Shown: positions 1-8,510 of the stretch, piece by piece
Numbering within the stretch: the first letter of the stretch is position 1
Layout: each line of letters starts with the position of its first letter
Origin: Candidatus Caccalectryoclostridium excrementigallinarum
GTDB lineage: Bacteria > Bacillota > Clostridia > Christensenellales > UBA3700
Direction: 5' to 3'
Length of the DNA stretch: 64,000 nt
NCBI GenBank assembly: GCA_018714485.1
Contig: DVNJ01000031.1
Location: 61,078-125,077, forward strand
Notes under the pieces: model-generated
Database searches by the model: none
The model's input: the letters and a program-made list of their open reading frames with translations, nothing else
Told to the model about the DNA's origin: nothing
Program-made: the position numbers and the translations under genes

Positions 1-258
1 ATGCATGAGGCGGTAAAGTTCCACGATCTGCTTGACGGTGAAGGGGGAAGTGGATTGCTGTCCGTCGCGGAAAGTCGTGTCCGTCATCCATATATCTTCG
101 GGCATATCCATGGGCGTGTTACGGAAGTTGAACGCCGTTTTGGGTATGCTGTCATAATCGTATATCTCTCTGAAGAGGTTGGGTTCGCTCACGTCCTGAA
201 GAGTGGGCGACCAGTTCCTGTCGGTCAAAACGTTTCTGTGCGAGTCCATTCTGATCAT
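1..258 (-). CDS. HMGL-like (isopropylmalate / homocitrate / Re-citrate synthase family) protein, N-terminal 86 codons only; the gene continues past the left edge
   Basis: Absent from the ORF track because no stop lies inside the window. My translation from ATG 258..256 is MIRMDSHRNVLTDRNWSPTLQDVSEPNLFREIYDYDSIPKTAFNFRNTPMDMPEDIWMTDTTFRDGQQSTSPFTVKQIVELYRLMH. TDTTFRDGQQ matches the (L/F)RDG(E/Q)Q signature of the pyruvate-carboxyltransferase fold. GGAGG lies 9 nt upstream, and the gene starts 17 nt after the prfA stop on the same strand. Confidence 0.6.
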   Translation of the reverse strand, partial: MIRMDSHRNVLTDRNWSPTLQDVSEPNLFREIYDYDSIPKTAFNFRNTPMDMPEDIWMTDTTFRDGQQSTSPFTVKQIVELYRLMH

Positions 259-275
259 ATCTTTCTTCCTCCGAA

Positions 276-1343
276 TTAGTTCTCCGATTTAAGGCGCTCC
301 GCCATGTCCGCTTCGCGCAACGCCTCTATCATCTCGCCTATATCGCCGTCCAAAAAGGCGTCAAGCGAATAAAGCGTCATTCCTATCCTATGGTCGGTGA
401 CCCTTCCCTGCGGATAATTATATGTCCTGATCCTCTCCGACCTGTCGCCCGTTCCGACCTGCATGCGCCTGTTTTGAGCATATTCGCTCTCCTGCAAGCT
501 GCGGTAATGATCGTAAAGGCGCGCTTTGAGCACCTGCATCGCGCTCTCGCGGTTCTTTATCTGACTGCGTTCGTTCTGGCATTCGACCACGATCCCCGTG
601 GGGATATGCGTGATACGAACGGCGGATTCTGTCTTGTTGACATGCTGTCCGCCCGCGCCGCTCGAACGATAATAATCTATTTTCAGATCCTTTTCGTTGA
701 TCTCCACGTCCACGTCCTTGACCTCGGGCAAGACCGCCACGGTCACGGTCGAGGTATGGATCCTGCCCTGCGACTCCGTCTGCGGCACGCGCTGCACGCG
801 GTGAACTCCGCTTTCGTATTTGAGCAGGGAAAACGCCCCTTTGCCCGAGATCATGAAAACGCTTTCCTTGATCCCGCCGAGGTCCGTTTCGTTTATGCTC
901 AGCTGTTCGCTCTTCCAGCGCATACGCTCGGCAAAACGCATATACATGCGCTGCAACACCGCGCCGAAAAGCCCCGCTTCTTCGCCGCCCGCGCCCGCTC
1001 TGATCTCGATGATGACGTTCTTATTGTCGTCGGGATCGGCGGGGAGCAGCAATTTTTTCATCTCCCCTTCAAGCTGAGTTTGACGCTCTTTGAGCGCGGC
1101 GACGTCGGCTTTTGCCAACTCGACAAGCTCTTCGTCCTCCTCCGCGCTTATTATCTCCTCGCAGCCGTCAATGTCCGCAAGCAGCTTTTTATATTGCCCG
1201 TAAAGCTGCATTATCGGCTCGTATTCCGAATGCTCGACGGCGAGCTTTTGCCATTTTCCTCTGTCCGCAAGGCAGTCGGGGTCGGCGAGCATAGCGGTCA
1301 GCTCGTCAAATCTCTCTTCGATCGCGCGCAGCTTCTCTATCAT
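276..1343 (-). CDS. prfA: Peptide chain release factor 1
   Basis: 355 aa. Contains the GGQ motif (SGAGGQHVNKTESAVRITHIPTG) and the RF1-type P-x-T region (VPQTESQGRIHTS). ATGA overlap with the upstream prmC fusion. Confidence 0.95.
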   Translation of the reverse strand: MIEKLRAIEERFDELTAMLADPDCLADRGKWQKLAVEHSEYEPIMQLYGQYKKLLADIDGCEEIISAEEDEELVELAKADVAALKERQTQLEGEMKKLLLPADPDDNKNVIIEIRAGAGGEEAGLFGAVLQRMYMRFAERMRWKSEQLSINETDLGGIKESVFMISGKGAFSLLKYESGVHRVQRVPQTESQGRIHTSTVTVAVLPEVKDVDVEINEKDLKIDYYRSSGAGGQHVNKTESAVRITHIPTGIVVECQNERSQIKNRESAMQVLKARLYDHYRSLQESEYAQNRRMQVGTGDRSERIRTYNYPQGRVTDHRIGMTLYSLDAFLDGDIGEMIEALREADMAERLKSEN

Positions 1344-3154
1344 TTTTTAACTCCGCAGACTATCCTTTCGATCCCCTGCATATCATTTGTCGTCGTGACC
1401 TTGAAGTCCGTGAGCATGTCAGCGACCGCCTGCGCCTGCCCTATCCCGACTTCGAGGAATATCCTGCCGCCCTCGTTGAGGTGCGACGCCGCCTCTTTGG
1501 CGATCGTGCGACAATAATTCAGTCCGTCATCTCCGCCGTCGAGCGCCGTCCTCGGCTCAAAATCCTTCACTTCTCTTTGCAAGCCGTCGATGTCGGCGGA
1601 AGGGATATAGGGCGGATTGCTTATTATCACGTCGAATTTTCCCTCAATGTCCGCAAACATATCCGACTTGACGAAGACTATCTTGTCTTCGAGCTTATGC
1701 TTTTGCGCGTTGTGCCTTGCCATATCGAGCGCTTTTTCCGAAATGTCGCTCGCCGTGACGCGCGCGCCCGTCTTTCCCGCAACGACGACGGCGATACAGC
1801 CGCTGCCCGTGCAGAGATCGAGCACCGAGCTTTCTTCGTTTATGACTTTGAGCGCCTCGTGGACGAGCTCTTCCGTTTCGGGACGGGGACAGAGGACGTT
1901 GCGGTCGATGTCTATCTCATAGCCGTAAAAATCCGCGTTGCCTATGATCTGCCAAAGCGGTTCTCCCGCCTGTCTGCGGCGAGCCATCTCCTCGAGCAGT
2001 TCGACCTTGGAATGCCTGATATAGGTGAGGCGATCGAGTTCGGAGCGCTTTTTGCCCGTGACGTGACAGATCATCCAATCCACGTCCGCCTTGTCTTCCA
2101 CCATGCTCTCGAGCTTTTTGCGCACGTTCGTATAAAGCTCGTTGGTGTCGAAAGAAAGCTCGGGAAGGTTCGGATCCGCGTCCATCGCCATCACCGTGGT
2201 GAAAGCGGCGATCGCCACTTCGACCATGGAATCGTCCGGTTCGCGCGTGGTCAGCTTTTGCATGAGCTTCCCGGGGAATTTCAGTGCGCGGACGAGGGCG
2301 TTGTCGAATTTCGCCAAAAATTTCAAGACCTCATAGCTTATGCCCATTATCGGCAGCATAAGCAAAAGCCGCCAGCCCAAGTCCGCCAAAAATTTGACCA
2401 CGCGGTTGGGCGCCCAATCGTCCGCCAAGCCGCATATCAGTTCGAGATCGCAAACGGAAAGCACGAGCACTCCTATTATCATGACCAAAACCATGAAGGT
2501 CGTGCCGCACCTGTCGTGATAGGTGCTCATGGTCTGCACGCTCTTCACTTCGAGCGGCAGTTCGTTTTCGTATGCGCTTATCGTCTTATGTTCGGCGCCG
2601 TGATACATATAGGTGCGCCTGATGTCCTTCATCAGCGACGTGAGAAAGATATACAAGATGAAGATGATCAGCCTGATCACGCCTTCGAGGAAGTTCAAGC
2701 CGATATTCACGCCGACCGAGCCTTGACTTTCCTGCGGGATAAGCGCCTCCACGCCGTTGCGGCAAAGCAGCGGCAGAAAGACGAACAGTCCCACCGCGAG
2801 CGCGACGCCGAGCAGGACGGAGATGAACATGACCACGCTGTAAATGTCCACCTTGAAAGTCTTGGCGAGCCATTTTTCGAATTTGGACGGTTCGCCCTCT
2901 TCGTCGCCGAAGACTTCTCCGCTGCGCATGAGCGTCTTTATACCCGTGACCATGGAGCCGAAAAAGTTGAGCACGCCGCGGATGATCGGTATGCGAAAGA
3001 GAACGTTTTTGTCCTTGGCGGGCTTGATGTAACGGCTCTCGACGGCGATCCCGCCCTCTTCGAGGCGCACGGCGGTGGCGATGCTGCGCTCGCCGCGCAT
3101 CATCACTCCCTCGATGACTGCCTGTCCGCCTATCTTACTGCTTCTCTTTCTCAT
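1340..3154 (-). CDS. prmC: Fusion protein: N-terminal DUF1385 (YqhQ-like membrane domain) plus C-terminal release-factor glutamine N5-methyltransferase PrmC/HemK
   Basis: Single 604-aa ORF. The N-terminus has IGGQAVIEGVMMRG and several hydrophobic helices, typical of DUF1385. The C-terminal ~280 aa has PLWQIIG, PRPETE, DLCTGSGCIA and the NPPY catalytic motif (IISNPPYIP). Confidence 0.85.
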   Translation of the reverse strand: MRKRSSKIGGQAVIEGVMMRGERSIATAVRLEEGGIAVESRYIKPAKDKNVLFRIPIIRGVLNFFGSMVTGIKTLMRSGEVFGDEEGEPSKFEKWLAKTFKVDIYSVVMFISVLLGVALAVGLFVFLPLLCRNGVEALIPQESQGSVGVNIGLNFLEGVIRLIIFILYIFLTSLMKDIRRTYMYHGAEHKTISAYENELPLEVKSVQTMSTYHDRCGTTFMVLVMIIGVLVLSVCDLELICGLADDWAPNRVVKFLADLGWRLLLMLPIMGISYEVLKFLAKFDNALVRALKFPGKLMQKLTTREPDDSMVEVAIAAFTTVMAMDADPNLPELSFDTNELYTNVRKKLESMVEDKADVDWMICHVTGKKRSELDRLTYIRHSKVELLEEMARRRQAGEPLWQIIGNADFYGYEIDIDRNVLCPRPETEELVHEALKVINEESSVLDLCTGSGCIAVVVAGKTGARVTASDISEKALDMARHNAQKHKLEDKIVFVKSDMFADIEGKFDVIISNPPYIPSADIDGLQREVKDFEPRTALDGGDDGLNYCRTIAKEAASHLNEGGRIFLEVGIGQAQAVADMLTDFKVTTTNDMQGIERIVCGVKK

Positions 3155-3190
3155 ATCGATTTAATTATTATTCGCGCGCGAATATAAATC

Positions 3191-3247
3191 AAGCAAGCGC
3201 TTGATACGCTTGCTTAAAAATAAAGTGCAAAGAAGGCTCTTTGCACT
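3191..3247 (-). terminator. Tandem hairpins downstream of rpmE (rho-independent terminator)
   Basis: On the minus strand, AGTGCAAAG-agcctt-CTTTGCACT is followed by TTTATTTTT. A second hairpin, AAGCAAGCG-n7-CGCTTGCTT, follows. Confidence 0.65.
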
Positions 3248-3260
3248 CCCGTCAAAAATC

Positions 3261-3470
3261 CTACTTGTTGCGGTTGAAGCGCTTGTTGAACTTCTCCACT
3301 CTGCCGCCGCTGTCCACGAGCTTTTGCTTGCCGGTGAAATAGGGATGGCACTTGTTGCAAACTTCCACTTTGATCACGTCGCCCTTCTTGGTCGTGCCGC
3401 AGACGAACTTGGATCCGCAAGCGCACTCAAAGACCGCGTCATGATATTCGGGCTGTATATTCTCGTTCAT
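3261..3470 (-). CDS. rpmE: 50S ribosomal protein L31 (Zn-ribbon type A)
   Basis: 69 aa, [22 protein letters not shown]...[37 protein letters not shown]. Confidence 0.95.
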   Translation of the reverse strand: MNENIQPEYHDAVFECACGSKFVCGTTKKGDVIKVEVCNKCHPYFTGKQKLVDSGGRVEKFNKRFNRNK

Positions 3471-3502
3471 GTTCTCACCTCGAATCTTTTATTGCGTAGA
3501 CA

Positions 3503-3531
3503 ATTATACATACTTTCGGCAGGCAAGTCAA
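3503..3531 (-). promoter_or_regulatory. Sigma-A type promoter for rpmE
   Basis: Minus strand TTGACT-17 nt-TATAAT (-35 at 3531..3526, -10 at 3508..3503), about 30 nt before the rpmE ATG. Confidence 0.6.
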
Positions 3532-3594
3532 GCGTAAAACAGATATAATTTTATTTTTTCGAGGCGGTCGATAAGAGCCTTTGAAGGAAAACTG

Positions 3595-3623
3595 TTGATA
3601 TTTGCGTCCGCAAGTGCTATAAT
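3595..3623 (+). promoter_or_regulatory. Sigma-A type promoter for the MDR-like gene
   Basis: TTGATA (3595..3600)-17 nt-TATAAT (3618..3623). GAGGAG RBS at 3635..3640 and ATG at 3646. Confidence 0.6.
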
Positions 3624-3645
3624 GGCATTACTGCGAGGAGAAGTT

Positions 3646-4599
3646 ATGAATTATTGGACTTTCGACGGAGACAACAGCGCCCGCCTCATCGGCGATGAAA
3701 CAGAGAACGAAAACTCAGGCTGCGCCAAAGTGAAGATCATTCGCTCGAGCATAGACAACAGCGATATTTTCGCTTATACGCGCAAAAAAGCGGTGAGCAT
3801 CGTCCCCTCGTCCTCGGCTGCGGGACTTATCAGCGAATGCCCCACGGGAGAATTCAAGAGCGGACAGCGCGTCTTTCTCTCCTGCTCGGGCAAGAGCGGA
3901 TCGGACGGCGCTTCGGGCGGCTATCTGCGCGATTACGTCAACGTCTCCACCGATTACATATACGAACTTCCCGACGTCATCGCCGACAACGACATCGTCT
4001 TCATCGACTCGATCGCCAAGGCATGCAACCTCATCGACAAATTGGAGATAAAGCCCGCCCAGACGGTCATCATCAACGGCGTTTCCGTGATAAATCTGAT
4101 CATCGCCCAGCTTTTGCGCTATCATCAGGCGCTGCCCATCATGATCGACAGCGACGACGAAAAACTCGGCTTGGCGCAAGATCTCGGCGTGGACTTCATC
4201 ATCAACAGCTCGCAGGAAAACGTTCCCTACATGGTGAAAAGTTTCACTTCGGGCAAGATGGCGAGCGCGCTCGTGGTCGACCTCGACATTCTCTCGGACA
4301 TGGACGAACTCCCCTACTGCTTGGCGATGGGCGGCAAGATCGCGCTCATCAACGCCAACAGCGCGCTCAAATGTTACAAGATAGACTTCATCAACATTCT
4401 CAACAAGGAGCTTTCCATCTTCGGGATCAAGGACGGCGACGGCAAGGTCTCCATGGCGATCAACCTCTTGGCGATGGAAAAAGTGAAAGTTTCTCCGCTC
4501 ATCGGCGATGTCGTGGGCTTTTCGGAAGTTCCCCAACTCATGGAAAAGTTCAAAGACGGCATCACTTTCAAGATGAACATCGTCAAATGCAACTGTTGA
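3646..4599 (+). CDS. Medium-chain dehydrogenase/reductase (zinc-ADH-like) fold protein with degenerate cofactor and metal motifs
   Basis: Start moved to MNYWTF (RBS and promoter just upstream). Overall MDR layout (GQRVF..., AQTVIINGVSVINLIIAQLL..., DSDDEKLGLAQDLGVDFIINS). The Zn ligands are absent and GxGxxG is reduced to NGVSVIN. Confidence 0.55.
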   Translation: MNYWTFDGDNSARLIGDETENENSGCAKVKIIRSSIDNSDIFAYTRKKAVSIVPSSSAAGLISECPTGEFKSGQRVFLSCSGKSGSDGASGGYLRDYVNVSTDYIYELPDVIADNDIVFIDSIAKACNLIDKLEIKPAQTVIINGVSVINLIIAQLLRYHQALPIMIDSDDEKLGLAQDLGVDFIINSSQENVPYMVKSFTSGKMASALVVDLDILSDMDELPYCLAMGGKIALINANSALKCYKIDFINILNKELSIFGIKDGDGKVSMAINLLAMEKVKVSPLIGDVVGFSEVPQLMEKFKDGITFKMNIVKCNC

Positions 4600-4614
4600 A
4601 TATCCGATGACTGC

Positions 4615-4640
4615 GGCGCCCGAGATCGGGCGCCTTTTTT
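4615..4640 (+). terminator. Rho-independent terminator
   Basis: GGCGCCCGA-ga-TCGGGCGCC followed by TTTTTT. It abuts the murC stop. Confidence 0.7.
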
Positions 4641-5991
4641 ACATATAGTCCGCGCAATCCCGCACGTTCCCCGCGCCGAGCATGAGGATAATATCTTCTC
4701 TGCCGCTCTTCGACAGCGCGAGCGCTGCCGCTTCTTTGTATCCGGGCGCATATTTCGCACGCACGCTCCCATAGGCATTCAGCCTGCAATACAGATCGTA
4801 ACCGCTCCCCGAGGGCGTATATTCCTCCCGCGCTTTGTAGGTGGGCAGCACGATCGCCTCGTCGGCGAGCGAGAGCGCGTCCACAAAATCCTTCATCAAG
4901 GCGCGGGTGCGTGAGAAAGTATGCGGCTCGAAGATGACGACTATCTTCCCTCGGCAAGTCTGCCGCGCCGTATTCACCGCCGCCTCTATCTCGGTCGGAT
5001 GATGGGCGTAATCATAGACAAGGCGCGCGCCCGACGCCGCCCTTCCCAAATGCTCGTATCTGCCCTTGACGCCCGAAAAACGCGAGAGCGCGGCGGCGCA
5101 GTCCGCGTCCGATATGCCGCATTCACCCGCCGCGGCGCAGGCGGCGAGCGCGTTCAGCACGTTATGTTTCCCCTCGATGTTCATTTCAATGCGCGAGCTT
5201 GCCTTTCCGCACCTGCAAAGATAAAAGGAATATTTCCCGCCGCGAAAATCAAGCTCTTCGGGATAGACGTCGCAGTCGCGGGAATAGCCGAACGTGACCG
5301 CCCTGCGTCCGTTTATCGCCAGCTCCTGCAAGAGCTGCCGATAGCAGACCACGCAACCGCTGACGCAGGTGTTGGCGACAAAGGCGTCGTAGGCTTTCTT
5401 CATGTCTTCCCGATCGCGATAACAGTCGGGATGGTCGAACTGCATGTTTAGAACGACGCTCACGAAGGGGGCGAGAGTGAGAAAGCTGCGGTTATATTCG
5501 CAGGCTTCGGTGATAAACCATTCACTTCCCGCCGTTATCAAGCCCGAACCGCACGCGCAGGTCTCGCCGCCGATATGCCCGGTAAAGGACGCTCCCGCCC
5601 GCTCGAAAATCGCGCAGATCATCGCCGTAACCGTCGTCTTGCCGTGCGTTCCGGCGACGGCGAGCGTCTTTCCGAACATCTTCGAGACAAACCCTAAGAA
5701 TGCTTTTCTCTCCAAGGTCGGGACATGAGCCGCCCGCGCGAAAGAAAGTTGCGGATTTGTCTGCGGCACAGCTGCCGAATAGACCACGACGTCGCATTCG
5801 GGAATAAAAGAGACGTCGTCGCAGGCGGCGATATGCACGCCGCATCGTTTGAGATCCGCGATCGCTTCGGGAGCCGCGAGATCACTCCCCGACACGAGCA
5901 TGCCGAAGGAAAGACAGAGCCTCGCCAAGGCGCGCATGCTCACCCCGCCGACGCCGACAAAATGAATGTTTTTGATTTTATTGAGATCCAT
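4639..5991 (-). CDS. murC: UDP-N-acetylmuramate--L-alanine ligase
   Basis: IHFVGVGGVSM N-terminal Rossmann motif, GTHGKTT P-loop, Mur ligase middle and C domains. Start placed at MDLNKIK (5991). The track start at 6030 would sit on the T-tract of the upstream terminator. Confidence 0.9.
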   Translation of the reverse strand: MDLNKIKNIHFVGVGGVSMRALARLCLSFGMLVSGSDLAAPEAIADLKRCGVHIAACDDVSFIPECDVVVYSAAVPQTNPQLSFARAAHVPTLERKAFLGFVSKMFGKTLAVAGTHGKTTVTAMICAIFERAGASFTGHIGGETCACGSGLITAGSEWFITEACEYNRSFLTLAPFVSVVLNMQFDHPDCYRDREDMKKAYDAFVANTCVSGCVVCYRQLLQELAINGRRAVTFGYSRDCDVYPEELDFRGGKYSFYLCRCGKASSRIEMNIEGKHNVLNALAACAAAGECGISDADCAAALSRFSGVKGRYEHLGRAASGARLVYDYAHHPTEIEAAVNTARQTCRGKIVVIFEPHTFSRTRALMKDFVDALSLADEAIVLPTYKAREEYTPSGSGYDLYCRLNAYGSVRAKYAPGYKEAAALALSKSGREDIILMLGAGNVRDCADYM

Positions 5992-6028
5992 AATCCCATT
6001 ATATGCGCCGAAACAAGCCGTTTTGCGC

Positions 6029-6054
6029 AAAAAAGAAGGGGCTTGCGCCCCTTC
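6029..6054 (-). terminator. Rho-independent terminator after the FGGY kinase gene
   Basis: Minus strand GAAGGGGC-gcaa-GCCCCTTC followed by TTTTTT. Confidence 0.7.
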
Positions 6055-6071
6055 GCGATTTCAACTTGTTT

Positions 6072-7628
6072 TTACAGCCGTCTTTTTTTGTTCATGTTAT
6101 AGATATTGAAATAGATATGCCTTACGGAAGGATATATCTTGACATACGCCTTTTCGTAAAGTTCGCGGTATTTGGCGGCGTTCTGCGGATCGGGCTTGAA
6201 CACGTCTTTCACATGCACCATGTTTTCCACGGCGTCCTGCCTGCCCTTGAAAACGCCCATGGCGATAAAGCACGCCATCGACGCGCCCAAACCGCTCGTT
6301 TCGAAGGTCTGAACGCGATAAACTTCCCTGTTGAATATGTCCGCCGCTATTTTGCATACGGCGTCGCTCGACGAACCGCCGCCCGAAAGCGCTATCCTCT
6401 TGACTTTTATGCCCGCGCGGCGCTCCATGTTCTCCAAGCCCTCGAGCAACGCGAAGTCTATGCCCTCGATGATCGCCCGATACATATGGTGACGGGTGTG
6501 CATATCCGAAAAGCCGAGCATGGCTCCTCTCGCCTCGGGCGTCGTCAGACCGGGACCCCAATAGGGCTGCACCAAAAGTCCCTTGCTGCCCGGAGGGATG
6601 CTTTCCATATATTCGTCGAGCACCTTTTCGGGGATCACTCCGCGCGCCTTCGCCTCTTCCTGTTCGTGAAGGGCGAACTGCTCGCGGAACCAGCTGACCA
6701 TCCAATAGCCGCGGAATATCTGTATTTCGGGATTGAACCTATGCGGCGCGACCGCCGTATAAGCGGGCATGAACGGCGTGGGTTCAACATATTTTTCCGT
6801 CGTTATCTGCACGGACGCCGCCGTTCCGTAAGAAACCGACGCCACGCTGCCGTCTATCGCGCCCACGCCGAAAGTCTCGCAGGCTTTATCCGCGCCCGAT
6901 GCGACCACGGGCGTCCCTTCGGGAAGTCCGCATTCCGCCGCCGCCTCGGCGGTCACCTTGCCGATAACGGTGCAAGGCTCGGCAAGCCCGCCCATCTTTT
7001 CAAGCGGCGTTCCGAACACGGGGAAAGTAAGCCCGCGGGGGCTCATCCATTCGCGCTTACGATAATCGTAAGGGAACTTTGCCGCCTGTCCCGCCTTACT
7101 GTCGACCAGCTTGCCGCAGAGCTTGAAAGTATAATAAGAAGCGGGCATGACTATCTTCGCCGTCTTCTCCCAAACGTCCGGCTCGTTGACGCGCACCCAA
7201 TTCGTGTAACAGGTGCGGCGCTGCACGTTGACGACCTCTTTCATGCCGACTATGCCGTAAAGTATCCTGTTGAAGAGCGGAAGCTTGTCGGGGCAGTCCA
7301 CTTCGCGCTTGTCCAGCCAGAAGATGGCTTTGCGCGTAGGCTCCCCGTCCTTATCCAAAAACACGAGCGAATTTCTGATCGACGTCACGGAGACGGCGAC
7401 GATATTATTCCAGCGCCCGCCCAATTTTTCTTTCGCTTCGAGCGACACTTTGCAAATGTCGCGCCAAACGGAGACGCAGTCCGCTTCCGCCCTCTGATCC
7501 CCATCGGATATATAAAGTTTTCCCGCCTGCTTGACGATGAGCACGGGATCGCCCTTCGTATCGAAAACAAGAGCGCGCGTTGCCTGCGTGCCCACGTCGA
7601 ATATGAGCGCAAGTTTTTCTTCTTTCAT
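6072..7628 (-). CDS. FGGY-family carbohydrate kinase (xylulokinase/glycerol-kinase-like; substrate unknown)
   Basis: 518 aa. N-terminal LIFDVGTQATRALVFD and C-terminal ALSGGGSSSD motifs typical of the FGGY N and C domains. Confidence 0.8.
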   Translation of the reverse strand: MKEEKLALIFDVGTQATRALVFDTKGDPVLIVKQAGKLYISDGDQRAEADCVSVWRDICKVSLEAKEKLGGRWNNIVAVSVTSIRNSLVFLDKDGEPTRKAIFWLDKREVDCPDKLPLFNRILYGIVGMKEVVNVQRRTCYTNWVRVNEPDVWEKTAKIVMPASYYTFKLCGKLVDSKAGQAAKFPYDYRKREWMSPRGLTFPVFGTPLEKMGGLAEPCTVIGKVTAEAAAECGLPEGTPVVASGADKACETFGVGAIDGSVASVSYGTAASVQITTEKYVEPTPFMPAYTAVAPHRFNPEIQIFRGYWMVSWFREQFALHEQEEAKARGVIPEKVLDEYMESIPPGSKGLLVQPYWGPGLTTPEARGAMLGFSDMHTRHHMYRAIIEGIDFALLEGLENMERRAGIKVKRIALSGGGSSSDAVCKIAADIFNREVYRVQTFETSGLGASMACFIAMGVFKGRQDAVENMVHVKDVFKPDPQNAAKYRELYEKAYVKIYPSVRHIYFNIYNMNKKRRL

Positions 7629-7637
7629 TTTCTTCCC

Positions 7638-8510
7638 TTAAAGATATTTTTCGATAAAGCCGCCCGGCTTCACCTCGTAGCCGTTGCGAAAAGCCGCGAC
7701 GCCGACAACGAAAATCACTATCATACTTATTATCGCACCAAAGGCGACGTCTGTCAAGTAATGCGCGCCGCACATAATGCGCGCAAGCAGGACGGCGCAG
7801 ATAAAGACGACGGACAAAACGAAATACATAACTCTGTATATCGGTTCGACGTTGTTGATCCTGAAAAGCGGCGCAAACGCCAAAAGCCCCATGCAGCAGG
7901 CGGCATGACCGGAGAAAAATGATTCGCCGCCCGCGTCCGAGGGCTTATACCACGGCGTGAAATTCGCGCCTTCCTTGACCTCGAAGGGACGCGCCCTGCC
8001 CCAAACCTGCTTGACAAGTTCGGTCAGGCAGACGATGACGACGGCGGCGACAATGACCGCGAGCGCCCATTTTTTGCATGCGTGCAGCTTTTGCGCGCTT
8101 ATGCGCGCGAAAATGAACGTCAAAAGCGTGAAGACGGCGGCTCCCGAAAGCGCGCACAAGGCGAGCGACATGAGCTTGCCCGAGGCGACGAGATCGAAAA
8201 GATCCATGAACATGAACGCGCAGGAAGCGACGCCGCCGAGCAGATAGACGGCTTTGACGATCGTCACGCGCACCTTTGCGCCCTTACTTCCGTCGCCGCG
8301 CGAAACAGTATAAAACGCCGTCGCACAGGCGATCCCGACCGCCAAAAACAGCGGCATCTTGCCGAAGATCTCCGCTCCCACTGTGACGACTCCGTCGCCC
8401 GTAAAGAGTATCTCCGCCGCCTGTACGTCGTAAACGCTGCCTATGCCCAAAAGCACGAAAGCCGCCGCGAGCGCGCAGACGAAAGCTATAATGCCGTTTC
8501 TCATGCTCAT
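7638..8510 (-). CDS. PAP2-family membrane phosphatase
   Basis: 290 aa, polytopic. PAP2 motifs are VWGRARP, FFSGHAAC and ARIMCGAHYLTDV. Confidence 0.8.
   Translation of the reverse strand: MSMRNGIIAFVCALAAAFVLLGIGSVYDVQAAEILFTGDGVVTVGAEIFGKMPLFLAVGIACATAFYTVSRGDGSKGAKVRVTIVKAVYLLGGVASCAFMFMDLFDLVASGKLMSLALCALSGAAVFTLLTFIFARISAQKLHACKKWALAVIVAAVVIVCLTELVKQVWGRARPFEVKEGANFTPWYKPSDAGGESFFSGHAACCMGLLAFAPLFRINNVEPIYRVMYFVLSVVFICAVLLARIMCGAHYLTDVAFGAIISMIVIFVVGVAAFRNGYEVKPGGFIEKYL

Noticed and set aside
1-279. The + strand 92-aa ORF at the left edge
   Set aside because: The opposite strand encodes an N-terminus with the TDTTFRDGQQ HMGL-family signature and a GGAGG RBS, in operon orientation with prfA. 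The + strand product has no recognisable features.
390-3187. Long + strand ORFs (375 aa and 568 aa) antisense to prfA and the prmC fusion
   Set aside because: These are Arg/His/Asp-rich low-complexity translations fully nested opposite confidently identified genes. They are typical stop-poor antisense frames of GC3-rich coding DNA.
6003-7922. 639-aa + strand ORF antisense to the FGGY kinase and PAP2 genes
   Set aside because: Shadow ORF, for the same reasons. It also spans an intergenic terminator and two different genes.
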